Below, one piece after another: positions 1 to 12,353 of a stretch of DNA of 64,000 nucleotides. Source of the DNA: Macrostomum hystrix (taxonomy: Eukaryota; Animalia; Platyhelminthes); assembly GCA_950097015.1 (NCBI GenBank), contig CATNEN010000007.1:9362001-9426000 (forward strand). The letters are read 5' to 3'. Numbering within the stretch: position 1 is the first letter of the stretch; every line of letters starts with the position of its first letter. Made by a program: the position numbers and the translations under genes. The notes below the pieces were generated by a model, which saw only the letters and a program-made list of their open reading frames with translations, was not told where the DNA came from and did not search any database.

Positions 1-217
1 TCAGTGGAGCAGGGCCTACTTGTCAGTGGAGCAGGGCCTACTTGTCAGTGGAGCATGGCCTACTTGTCAGTGGAGCATGGCCTACTTGTCAGTGGAGCAT
101 GGCCTACTTGCCAGTGGAGCAGGGTCTACTTGTCAGTGGAGCATGGCCTACTTGTCAGTGGAGCAGGGCCTACTTGTCAGTGGAGCATGGCCTATTTGTC
201 AGTGGAGCAGGGCTTAC
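1..217. repeat. 22-nt minisatellite starting at the ACC intron-9 donor
   Basis: Unit TCAGTGGAGCA(G/T)GGCCTACTTG, about 10 copies, running off the window edge. Confidence 0.95.
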
Positions 218-3200
218 ATGTAGCACGCAGATAAACGTGACTCGCCGAATTCCTCGCTCCTTCATCAGGTCCGACTTAAACGCTATCGCCTTCTTGAGCT
301 TGGCGCTGAGGTGATTGTCCAAACTGTGGCCGGACAGGCCCTCATAGTCTGCTGGCCACAGACGAATGGCCAGGTTGATGATGTGAATCGGCTCCTCCAG
401 CGGGTTGTCCTGTTAGGGTGACGGCAGACGAACCGGTTCCATAGTTTGCTCATTACTCACAACAAATCAATAAATCAAAATAATATTAATCAAACGACTA
501 AGGGCTTCCATCACCATAAAAGTAAGTTTCCCAGACAATTTACGCGCTAATTCTAATTCAAATATTCGAATGTTCAAATATTCCTGTAATTTTAATACAG
601 GAATTTTCCACCACTCAACAGTCGAAGGTAATTTCCTGCAATTGACAAGTGATTTACCAAAAATCGTAAAGCTAATTTCTCAGAGCAATCCCCAAGACAA
701 ATGGGTAGAATCCCAAATTCAACTGGTAACTTCGCCCACCGAATGTTAATTTCCCACACCTGACAGGTAACTTCCCACACCTGACAGGTAACTTCCCACA
801 CCCAACAGTTAACTTCCCACAGCCGACAGGTAACTTCCCACAGTCGACAGGTAATTTCCAAGAACCGGCAGGTAATTTCCAAGAACCGACAAGTATTTTC
901 CTAGTCTAAACAGGTAGCTTTCCAGACCCGACAGTTGATTTCAACTACTCAACAGGTAATGTCCGAGTACATAATTTGTACTTTAAAATTTGTAAACACA
1001 AAACTTACTGTTTCATATGGCGGCCCCTGGAAGGCGATGGGAGCGCTCTCCTGCGCGCCAGGATACGGGCTCTGCGGCGGGCTGATCTTGAACCGGTCCA
1101 ACACCTCGTCGAAGCTGTTCTCGAACTCCTGCAGCGAGGCGAAGGCGGTCATAGCACCCATGCGCTGGCAGGGCGGCGGGAACATGCACACGTCTAGCAG
1201 GGCGAGGTTCTCGCCGTAGGAGCTGGCGGTGGAGTAGGCCTGCAGGCTGGCAGCGGAGCCCATGCGCTTTAAGTGGCCGCCGTCAGCCAGAATCTGGTGC
1301 CGGGAGCCGGCCGATGGCGAGCGCCGATGACCGGCAGCGGCGGTGGAACCGAAAGCTGAATCCGAGCCACCGGGCACCTCCTGGGAATCCGTGAGCGATT
1401 CGCTGCTGTCGTTGGCCCGCTCCAGGGACGCGATGGAGAACCGCTTGGTTGGTGTCTTGTGCCTGTTAGGGCAGACATGAGGTCATAGACTATAATAGAC
1501 CATAGACTATGCGCCGATACTATGCACAACCCTCTGGCCCTGGTGGGGACCGACAGAAAGATTTGGGAAATGGACAGGTAGGGACCAACAGAAGGATTGG
1601 GGAAATGGACAGGTAGGGACCAACAGAAGGATTGGGGAAATGGACAGGTAGGGACCAACAGAAGGATTGGGGAAATGGACAGGTAGGGACCAACAGAAGG
1701 ATTGGGGAAATGGACAGGTAGGGATCAACAGAAGGATTTGGGAAATGGACAGGTAGGGATCAACAGAAGGATTGGGGAAGTGGACAGGTAGGGACCAACA
1801 GAAGGATTGGGGAAGTGGTCAGGCGGAGGCCGAGTGAAAGGTTTTCGCTATAAATGAGTTTTACTTCCTATTTTGACTATTTCTGTGGTTGTTGTCAGGA
1901 TTAAAAAGAGCTAAGACCTGGTCACGAGGTAAGTACACTGTACAACAAGGCAAAATAAAATTTCTCAAATACGTTAAAACTGAAACCTCAAACTAGGAGC
2001 ATTAAAAAAACATGCCACACAATATATAAGTGCTAAGAGTGAAATCACTGCACTGAAATGCATTAGCCCAGTTAGATTTGTCCGTGCTTTTGAGTCGAAT
2101 CGAGCGCAGAGCAAAGGCAAACAGGAGGGCATTAATATGGGACTTCATAATTTTATTTTTACACATCGAGGTCAGGTTAAAAGACGGGGCATTGTGAAGT
2201 ATATCAGTAAAATATGTTAAGTTTAGCTGAGATTTTGAACTTATTTTGAAATACGTACGAGTACTTTAGATTCGACAGGAAAGTCATTCTGAAAATTTAT
2301 GCATGGAACGTAAAAATTAGTCGTAATAAACTACCTAAAAGCTGCGCTAGTAGAGCGGAATGCAAAAGTACTTTGTTGTCCGGATTTAAGAATATCGATG
2401 CAGAAGTAACATCAGCGCGAGCGGTGCTAACTGGCTAAACTTCAAATAAGGTAAATTATGCCCGAGATTCTGACAAAACAATCTGACAACAAAACTGACT
2501 AGACTGCCGGCAAAGCTAACAAAACATGAGGAATACTTAAAGAGGCCCAAAAATTCGAAACGACAACCAGAAAGCTGACAAGACACCCTGGAAGCTGACA
2601 AGACACCCTGGAAGCTGACAAGACACCCTGGAAGCTGAAAAGACACCCTGGAAGCTGACAAGACACCCTGGAAGCTGACAAGACACCCTGGAAGCTGACA
2701 AGACACCCTGGAAGCTGACAAGACACCCTGGAAGCTGACAAGACACCCTGGAAGCTGACAAGACACCCTGGAAGCTGACAAGACACCCTGGAAGCTGACA
2801 AGACACCCTGGAAGCTGACAAGACACCCTGGAAGCTGGGAAGACACACTGTAAGACAAGACACGCAGGAAACTGACAAAAACAAAACGAAAGCACAGCAG
2901 AAGCAGGCTAAAGGCAGAGCAGCTTCTCACCGATTGGGATGCGAGGAAGGCAGCAGGAAGCGGAAATCCAGCACGAACTTGTTGCATGAGCGGAGCACCG
3001 AGTGCTGCACGCAGGTCAAGTCGTAGGCAATGTAGGCACGCCGGATGTACACCTCGCATGCGGCGATGCGAACCAGCGGATCGTGGTGAAAGAAGAAGTC
3101 CGGGATGAGGTCGAAGATGGATGTCTCGGCCTGGATGAGCTGCTCCAGGTAGGTGGAGTTGCCAGTGGAGATGTAGGACAGGAAAAAACTTTCAACCTGA

Positions 3201-6200
3201 TTGTGGCGCAGCTCGTAGGCCGGCGTCTGCGAGTAGATGAGCAGCTGGCGGGCCTTCAGCACAACGCTGGCGTTCTCACCGCGGCGCAGGGTGGTTAGGC
3301 GAATGAGCGCCTCCTTGAGGTCTTCCAGAAGCGTCTTGTCCGACTGCACGAACTTCTCCAGCAGGGAGACAATCAGGCGGTTCTTGAAGGCCACCCGGCT
3401 GTGCGAGAACATGTAGTTGGCCACGGTGGCACGGCTCTTCTTGAACTGGTCCAGCAGCTCGGTCGTGCACTTGTCGATGTTGCCACTCTGGAAGTGGCGC
3501 TCGATCTCGTAGTAGGCGTCAAGCAGCTCCACCAGCGTGTTGGCCAGGTTGCCACGGGAGCCACGCCGGTAGCGTTTTAGCAGGCCGCTGATTGGCTGGA
3601 TGTTCAAGTAAAAGGCCTGCTTGTCTCCGGACAGGCAGGCGCCGAACGCGTCAATGATGTGCTCAATTTCAGGGGCGGGGAAGCGGGACAGGACGCTGGT
3701 GATGTTGCTGGCGTATTTGGCCATCTGCTCACGGATGCGCTGCTCAAGCAGGGCCGGTATGCGGCCGGACACCTGCGACATCATCTCCTTCAGCTCCACC
3801 AGTGGCAGCGCCGGGTCTTTTAGCGACAGGAGCAGCGTCTCCACCTGCCGAGCAAAAAATGTAAATGTTTGCTAATTGCACTACTTACGTCTGCTACAAG
3901 TAGTGCGATGCGAGCGCGATCGCTTCACCGAGCTTCGGCCATAAAAGCTGACACTATAGCTTAGTTGATTCACAAACATCTCAGTAACATGTATGATTCA
4001 CAAATATTCCTCTGTAACTTGCGTGGTCCCGAATATCCTAGATATAAAACTATCCCACACAATAGATCCAGAACAGTCCACAGGCCTCCACAACCCACGT
4101 ACTTGGCGCCCCAGCCAGTCGCTGAAGTTGGGCTCGGGAATGACGTAGCCCTGCAGAGCAGATTTCATCTGTTGCACAATGCGCTCCACCACCTGGTTGA
4201 GCCGCAGCCCGGTGTGCGGCTGGGTGCATGCCAGGCTGGCGGGGAAGCCGCCGGTGTACAGCTCGGCCTGGCGCACTCGGGACGGATCGTCCAGCTGGAG
4301 GCTCGCCAGCTGCTCGCCGGCCGTCACCTGGGCGCCGGGCCGCTTCATGTGGCGCACGCAGCCCGACTCTGAGGCTCGCAGCTCCATCACCATCTTCATC
4401 ACCTGAGAAAATTAAAAGAGGTACAGAGAATTAGAGCACACACTATGCCTGAGCACACACTATGCCTGAGCACACACTATGACTGAGCACACGCTATGCC
4501 TGAGCACACACTATGCCTGAGCACACACTATGACTGAGCACACGCTATGACTGAGCACACACTATGACTGAGCACACACTATGCCTGAGCACACACTATG
4601 CCTGAGCACACACTATGCCTGAGCACACACTATGCCTGAGCACACACTATGACTGAGCACACGCTATGACTGAGCACACACTATGCCTGAGCACACACTA
4701 TGACTGAGCACACACTATGCCTGAGCACACACTATGCCTGAGCACACACTATGCCTGAGCACACACTATGACTGAGCACACACTATGCCTGAGCACACAC
4801 TATGACTGAGCACACACTATGCCTGAGCACACACTATGCCTGAGCACACACTATGCCTGAGCACACACTATGCTTGAGCACACACTATACCTGAGCATAC
4901 ACTCAGGTATCTAAGAGACTAGAGACTCTGGAGAACTGAGATTAGAGACTCTGGAGAACTGAGATTAGAGACTCTGGAGAACTGAGATTAGAGACTCTGG
5001 AGAACTGAGATTAGAGACTCTGGAGAACTGAGATTAGAGACTCTGGAGAACTGAGATTAGAGACTCTGGAGAACTGAGATTAGAGACTCTGGAGAACTGA
5101 GATTAGAGACTCTGGAGAACTGAGACTAGAGACTCTGGAGAACTGAGACTAGAGACTCTGGAGAACTGAGATTAGAGACTCTGGAGAACTGAGATTAGAC
5201 TCTGGAGAACTGAGATTAGAGACTCTGGAGAACTGAGATTAGAGACTCTGGAGAACTGAAACTAGAGACTCTGGAGAACTGAGATTAGAGACTCTGGAGA
5301 ACAGAGATTAGATACTCTGAGGGGCTGAGATTGGAGGCTCTGAAAGACCATGGCAAGCAGTTTCCAGTTGGCAGGAGGGCCGTCCAGTTTTCCTTCACTC
5401 ACCTCGATCTCAGCGTAGACGCTGCCGCAGCTCACGTGACCTCCGTCGGGCACGGTGAAGCGCAGCAGTTTGCCAGGCGACTGGCTCATCAGCACGGTGG
5501 GGTCGTGCTCTTTTTCCAGCGTGCAGGTCTGGTTGTCGATGATGACTCGGTAGCCAGTAGCTTCCACATAGGTGTAGGTGCTGTAGGACGATCCGTTCAA
5601 GGAAAGAAGGAGGCCGCCGTCGCCAAGGCGATGAGCTTCAGCCTCCAGCCAGGAGCCGTTGAGTAGCAGGAAATAGGAGCTGTCGCCTGATTGAATCACC
5701 TCGAGGCGGTACTTAACGTTCTGGATAAATATGCGGGATGATGCATAGTCGGCTCCTCGGCTAACAAATCCCTTCCCAAGACCACCCGATTCTTTAATCC
5801 GCCACCAGATCCCTTCCTCGACCACCAGATCCCATTATCGGCTACCAGATCCCTTCCTTGGCCACCAGATCCCGTAATCGGCTACCAGATCCCGTAATCG
5901 GGCACCAGATCCCTTCCTTGGCCACCAGATACCGTAATCGGCCACCAGATCCCATTATCGGCCACCAGATCCCATTATCGGCAACCAGATCCCATTATCG
6001 GCCACCAGATCCCTAAATCGGCAACCAGACCCCGTAATCGGCAACCAGATCCCGTAATCGGCGACCAGATCCCGTAATCGGCTACCAGATCCCGTAATCG
6101 GCAACCAGATCCCTAAATCGGCCACCAGATCCCGTATTCGGCCACCAGATCCCTTACTTGGCCACCAGATCCCTAAATCGGCCACCAGATCCCTAAATCA

Positions 6201-9200
6201 GCCACCAGATCCCTTACTTGGCCACCAGATCCCTAAATCGGCCACCAGATCCCTAAATCAGCCACCAGATCCCTAAATCAGCCACCAGATCCCTAAATCG
6301 GCCACCAGATCCCTAAATCGGCCAACAGATCCCTTCCTCGGCCACCAGATTCCTTAATCGGCCACCAGATCCCTAAATCGGCCACCAGATCCCTAAATCG
6401 GCCACCAGATCCCTAAATCGGCCACCAGATCCCTTCCTCGGCCACCAGATTCCTTAATCGGCCACCAGATCCCTAAATCGGCCACCAGATCGCGTAATCG
6501 GCCACCAGATCCCTTAATCGGGCAGCAGATCCTTTCATTGGCAACAGAACCCTTCCGCGGACTAGTCAATTATTTAATGGGCCGCAAGATCCCCTGCACG
6601 GCAACCAGCTGGGCGCTCACCTGGTGAATGAGCTCCACAGTCACGGCATTCTTCAGGTGGCCCATGTTGCAGGCCTGGCCGCGGTCTAGCTCGGACACCA
6701 CCTGGTGCAGCACGGTGCGCATCTCCTGATAGGCCAGGTGGAGGCCGGCCGAGATCACGGCCAAAAAGGCGTTGGGCTTCTCCGCGCGCACCCGCTCTGC
6801 TATGAGGCGGTCCAGCCAGCCGGTGTTAATGCGGTTCTCCGCGAAGCTCTCGTCCTCCAGTAGATGGATGAGGTACTCCACTGTGGTGCGGAAGTCACTA
6901 CGAATCGACAGCTCCTTCAGCGCGATGATAAGATTCTCCCTGGCCGCTTCGCGATGATCGCCGAACGAGAAGCAGTGGCCGAACTGCGAGTCGGCGAACT
7001 CGTGCAGGCCGCCAGTACTGACCACACTAAAGTAGCCCCAGACGTTCTTGGAGCCGCGGAAGATCAGGTCCTGCACAGCGCCAGTGCTGGGCTTGAAGCC
7101 TTCGTCTGGATTCTCCGACGTGATGCGGGCTGCGATCACGTGACCGTTGGGCTCTGGCTGGGTGTCGGGCGAATCAAAGTCGATCTCACCGCTGCCCAAC
7201 GGGTCCTGCTTGTACAGTGCGCGGATCTCCTTGATGCGGTGCAGAGGCAACCCCATGCCGATCTGCGCGAGGGTAAGGCGAGTTATTGAATAAGTGTTTA
7301 GTTAGTTACTTAGCTTTTGTTTGTTTGTTTGCTGTCCGTCTGTTTGTTTGTTTGTTTGTTTGTTAGCTATTTAGGGGGTTGTGTGTAGCTAGTCTTTACA
7401 GCGTCAGACTCACGACTTGATTGTGATCCCTTCAATTCCCGATTCCTCTGCAACAATTTGTGTTCTTTTGCAGACTCTAAACTCTGCACCGCTTCAGTTC
7501 ACCCAGCTGTAGAATGGGTCTCTGCATTAGCTGGGGCAATCAAGGGTGGGTGTGACGTCCCACCAGTCCATGGACTGAACAGCCGTACGCAGCCTTTAGA
7601 TGCGCCGCGCAATAGCTTCGGCTGTGCTGTCAGCTGCACATCTGGCCCGATTGGGGAGGTGTAATCAGGTACTTTAATGTTTTTCCATTAGTAACGACTT
7701 ATTTAGTTATTTAGTTAGTTAGATATTGTTTCTCTTCGCTAAGCGTGAAAGAAAACATTTTTTTTAATTTAGTGCGAACTGTTGGAATGCTGTAGAAACT
7801 AGAAGCTTGTAATAAAGCAATGCAAGCCTAAAATGTTTTTGCAGAAAAGCTGACGAAATCAATCGGATCGTACTTTTTAATCCAGTCGTATCGATTTCTG
7901 GACTGATTAGGCCTATGACTTATTCATGATATTTTAAATTCGAGAATGAAAAAAGAACAGAAGTCGGATAGAAGAGACAAAGCGAATTTGGGAAGATTGA
8001 AGACTTTCGTTTTTGAGCTAATTTAAATTTTCGATTCCTCAGGAAATAATCCCGGAGGCTGAGATGCAGACTTGGGAGTCGCTCATTCCACAGTAAATTA
8101 ATGCACAATAATTTAGGTCAAGCCCAGCAGCGAATTGCCTATCCAAGCGGGTCTTATCTAGAACTGCGGACACCAACCCCATCGCACGGCCTGACAGTTG
8201 CAGTCACGCCACTGGCGCGCACTTAGCCCGGGCTTCGCTGGCCGGGCTATTTTTAGAACGCGCAGCGGGAGGCCCGAGACAAGTACAGGCACACTCGGGT
8301 GCGGGCAGCTGACGCCACAGCCAGCCCGCACTGCCATAGCCAGTGGGGGGGAGAGGGCAGTGAATGAAGAACATACGATTATTCACAACATAATTGCTAT
8401 TAAACTGTGCCAGGTGAACACAAATTAGAACTTTAAAATAAGTTTATAATTAGTAGACTTGCTTACTGAAGATTATGATTTTTATATTTTAATGCTTTGA
8501 CGAACTTATAAGTCAATACAATATGCTGATGAATAGGAAAGTGGCAGGAGAAATAAACTTGAGTCCGGGGAGTGAGGTACGCAGAGAACTAAGCTTATAA
8601 TAGAAATGCGATGAATGAGCTGGTTAAGTGTGGGGTCAGGCAGGCCAGACTAAAGCGGTTTGTTCTAGTTTTGTTTTAGAACCAGCATTACTAATAACTG
8701 AAAACCACAATCAGAACTGATATAGGTTAGGCTTTTGTGAGTACAAATAATTTTGCTAATAACTTTAGGTCAGGAAATAATTATTTGACGCGTGATACAG
8801 ATAGACCTGAGATAAGACGGGCATGTAATACGGACAGGGTGAGATAAGACTAGCACGCAAGTGTCAGAGACGACAGGCAGGTGTCAGAGAGGACAGGCAG
8901 GTGTCAGAAAGAGGCCAGGCAGGTGTCAGAAAGAGGACAGGCAGGTGTGAGAAAGAGGACAGGCAGGTGTCAGAAAGAGGACAGGCAGGTGTGAGAAAGA
9001 GGACAGGCAGGTGTGAGAAAGAGGACAGGCAGGTGTCAGAAAGAGGACAGGCAGGTGTGAGAAAGAGGACAGGCAGGTGTGAGAAAGAGGACAGGCAGGT
9101 GTGAGAAAGAGGGCAGGCAGGTGTGAGAAAGAGGACGGGCAGGTGTGAGAAAGAGGACAGGCAGGTGTGAGAAAGAGGACAGGCAGGTGTGAGACTAACC

Positions 9201-12200
9201 TGAAGCTGGCAGGCGGGCAAGTTGATATTAGTGACCATCTCAGTGCAGGGGTGCTCCACCTGCAGCCTGGGGTTGAGCTCCAGGAAGCAGTACGAGTTGG
9301 TCTCAGGATTGTACAGGTATTCCACCGTGCCTGTGCTGACGTAGCCAACGAGGCGGGCCAGCCGCACAGCCGCCCGCTCCATGTCGGCCAGGAGCTCGGG
9401 CGGGGCCACGGTGATTGGCGCCTCCTCGATGATCTTCTGATGCCGCCGTTGAATGCTGCAGTCGCGGCCGAACAGGGAAATTGCCTGGCAGCTGTTGTCC
9501 GCCAGCAGCTGCACCTCCAGATGGCGCGCGTTGGGCGCGAATGCCATGACGAATATTGGACTGCCCGGAACCTCCGCTTGCACCTGGCGGCAATGGGAAC
9601 ACGGATAGCACCAGATCACAGTAGGAGCCTATAGCTTCTTTCTGAGATCCAGATTAGAGTGACCAGATCCAGATTAGAGTGACCAGATACAGATCAGAGT
9701 GACCAGATCCAGATTAGAGTGACCAGATCCAGATTAGAGTGACCAGATACAGATCAGAGTGACCAGATCCAGATTAGAGTGACCAGATCCAGATTAGAGT
9801 GACCAGATACAGATCAGAGTGACCAGATCCAGATTAGAGTGACCAGATCCAGATTAGAGTGACCAGATCCAGATCAGAGAGAGTGACCAGTCTCAAGTTC
9901 AGAGTGACCAGATCCAGAATAGAGTGACCAGATCCCGATCCCCGATAAGAGTTACCAGATCCCGATCCCCGATCAGAGTGACCAGATCCCGATCCCCGAT
10001 CAGAGTGACCAGATCCCGATCCCCGATAAGACTGACCAGATCCCGATCCCCGATCAGAGTGACCAGATCCCGATCCCCGATCAGAGTGACCAGATCCCGA
10101 TCCCCGATCAGAGTGACCAGATCCCGATCCCCGATCAGAGTGACCAGATCCCGATCCCCGATCAGAGTGACCAGATCCCGATCCCCGATCAGAGTGACCA
10201 GATCCAGATAAGAGTGACCAGATCCTGATTCCCGATCAGAGTAATCAGAACGCGCACCTGCAGGAACAGGTTGGGCACATCCGCTGCCGTCTCGGCTTTC
10301 CGAATTCCCTTGCCGCCGCCGCCCTCGCTGGCTTTGATCATCAGCGGAAAGCCGACCTTCTGCGCGGCGGCCAACGCCTCGTCGGCAGTCTCAACGCAGG
10401 CCTGTCTGTAAAGATCCTGCGGCACAGTCAGTGGGACTCTCCGAGATCCGGACATCCCGCTGTTCGCCAGTGATTCTGCGTCCAGGCGCAGCTCGGAGCC
10501 GCTCCAGGGCAGGCAGGGCACGCCGGCGCTCTGGGCCACAATGCTGGAGGCGATCTTATCGCCGAGGGCCCACATGGCCTCGGCCGGCGGGCCAAGAAAG
10601 ATGATGTCATGCTTGCGCAGCAGATCCGGCAGCTTTGGGTTCTCGGAGGCGTGGCCCCAGCCGGCCCACACGGCTTGGACATTGTTGCGCCTGGCAATGT
10701 CCACAATGAGCTCTACGTTGGCGTAGTTGTTGTTGTTGGAGCCGCCAGTCACAGGCACGTAGCTGTCGGCCAGACGGACGTATTCGGCGTTGGCCTGCAG
10801 GTCCTCCGGTGTCACCATGCAGACAAACTTGATGGCCCGCTCATTGCGAAACACTTCGTAGCACCAGCGTCGAATTGAGCGCATGCACTTCACCGCCGCG
10901 ATGCCGTTATTGGCTATGAGCACGCGCTCGATCACGTGACTGCCGCCGGAGCGCAGCACGAACTCTGCCGGCGAGGCCACGATAAAACTGCCGCCGCCGG
11001 AGCTGGAGTTGGCCGGCATGCGTTGGCCGCGCCTGCGGGCGGGACGGCGAAACAAATTGCTTTGGCGCGGCAGGTTGCGCGGGATTAGCCGCTATGCTTT
11101 TCAAGTAAATAATGAGTTTTAGGCCTCACAGGCCTAGCAGAGTCATTTCGCATAATTTCACATTCATTGATACGAGAATATACCTGTCACGTGATAAGCT
11201 CAATCGCTTTAAGTTTACGTTTTTAAGTTCATTCCAAACTATACAAATGAAACACTAACTTGGAGCTGGAAAAAGTGCGCACGATATCAGTGCTTTGGCT
11301 AAACGCAGGCAAAAAACTGGATATGGATTGGTGCGAAATCAAATGCACTTTCCTTGGACCCGCCTCCCAAACCAAACCAAAACCTCCGCTACTCAGTTTG
11401 AGTCGGAGGCTTGGCAGAAGGGTTGGGAGGGTAGCAGCCCCACTGATTAGATAAAGAAAGTGCTAATCCAGCCAGCCCAGGTGACAGCAGGTGCCAGGCC
11501 GAGCCCAGCCACGGCCGCATACATGCCCTTGTATTGCAGCTTACGGAAACTGTGCGACTCCTGGAATAAGATTACCAATAGTTTGCGTAGCGGACAGAGA
11601 TAACAAGCTCAAAGCCTTCTCTTCGCGACTGCGCCCCAATTAAATAGGTCTCACCGCAGACTTAAACTTGTGACGTTTTTGTGCAATAGGTGAATAGGTG
11701 ATTTCGTGTCATAATAATAATTGCAGGAGGGCTGCAGGCAATGGCACATCATTTGGTGACACTAGACCCACAGCCAGCGAGGAGGCAATTCTGCCCATTT
11801 TGCTGACTTCTGAGCACGCACAAAGATAACGTACGCAGGCATACGCTCACACAGGTGTGTACATCTGCCCTCACTTTCTCATCGTCGGGCAGTGTACACC
11901 CACTGTGTTTTGGAGGTTGGCCTTCAAGGGCGTCAATTGCTCGACAAGCCAGCAAGCCTTCTCTTTGCGGCTGCGCCTCAAATAATGTGGCCTCGCCGCG
12001 GAATCGAACTTAGGGACCTTGGTGCGAGAGGCAAACGCGTTAGACCGCTCCGCCAACGACCCCCGTGTTGTCGAGTACTCATGTTAAAATAATTAATCAG
12101 CAAGCAAGTTTGAAAGGACAGAAATCCAGTCTCACCTCGCACTAATTGGCTCGGATGCCTGCCTAAACAGAGGAAAATGGCTACCGCCACCGCCGCTGCC

Positions 12201-12353
12201 ATTGGTGGTGTTAATCTCTGCTGCACGATTTCCACCGTTGAGAACAGTCTCACCACTTTCATTCTGCTGCTGCTGCTGGGGACTCTGCGAAGACTGAGGC
12301 TCGTCAGTAAACGTCACTCCTTTCCTCTGCTTGCCGTTTTCAGTGTCCGACAT
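218..12353 (-). CDS. ACC: Acetyl-CoA carboxylase (biotin carboxylase, BT, BCCP and central domains); 3' part with the carboxyltransferase lies beyond the left edge
   Basis: Exons 12353-12136, 11032-10258, 9583-9200, 7262-6621, 5720-5403, 4402-4103, 3844-2931, 1462-1009, 409-218, all GT-AG and phase-consistent. Motifs: [67 protein letters not shown]|VMKM biotinyl-lysine site, SHPNR, PPCQRMG, EPIHIIN, GIRRVTF. Confidence 0.97.
720..900. repeat. Degenerate 21-nt minisatellite (ACC intron 8)
   Basis: Unit approximately GACAGGTAACTTCCCACACCT. Confidence 0.85.
1545..1820. repeat. 35-nt minisatellite (ACC intron 7)
   Basis: Unit GGGACCAACAGAAGGATTGGGGAAATGGACAGGTA. Confidence 0.95.
2570..2840. repeat. 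20-nt minisatellite (ACC intron 7)
   Basis: Unit GAAGCTGACAAGACACCCTG, nearly perfect copies. Confidence 0.95.
4433..4900. repeat. 17-nt minisatellite (ACC intron 5)
   Basis: Unit GAGCACACACTATG(C/A)CT. Confidence 0.95.
4915..5310. repeat. 23-nt minisatellite (ACC intron 5)
   Basis: Unit AGAGACTCTGGAGAACTGAGATT. Confidence 0.95.
5760..6530. repeat. 20-nt minisatellite filling ACC intron 4
   Basis: Unit GCCACCAGATCCCTAAATCG with variants. Confidence 0.95.
7374..7665 (+). mobile_element. tRNA-derived CORE-type SINE (family B)
   Basis: Degenerate tRNA-like head, then a CORE-like segment (TAAACTCTGCACCGCTTCAGTTCACCCAGCTGTAGAATGGG), then a 3' tail shared with the copy at 29715-29970 (CTGCACATCTGGCCCGATTGGGG). 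Confidence 0.7.
8865..9195. repeat. 22-nt minisatellite directly after the ACC exon-3 donor
   Basis: Unit GAAAGAGGACAGGCAGGTGT(G/C)A. Confidence 0.95.
9645..10245. repeat. Compound 20/27-nt minisatellite filling ACC intron 2
   Basis: AGAGTGACCAGATCCAGATT (20 nt) grading into AGAGTGACCAGATCCCGATCCCCGATC (27 nt). Confidence 0.95.
11711..12063 (-). mobile_element. tRNA-derived SINE (family A)
   Basis: On the minus strand: GGGGTCGTTGGCGGAGCGG (A box), GTTCGATTCC (B box), body homologous to 51913-52278, (ATT)n tail. Confidence 0.88.

Noticed and set aside
9924-10211. ORF resembling an RS/SR-repeat protein (TRSRSPIRV)n
   Set aside because: It is the translation of a 27-nt intronic minisatellite, antisense to ACC. 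The same applies to repeat ORFs at 4-314, 2386-2895, 41218-41593, 50317-50763 and 53924-54677.
1-10245. Tandem arrays as CRISPR-like loci
   Set aside because: No unique spacers and no cas genes; these are eukaryotic introns.
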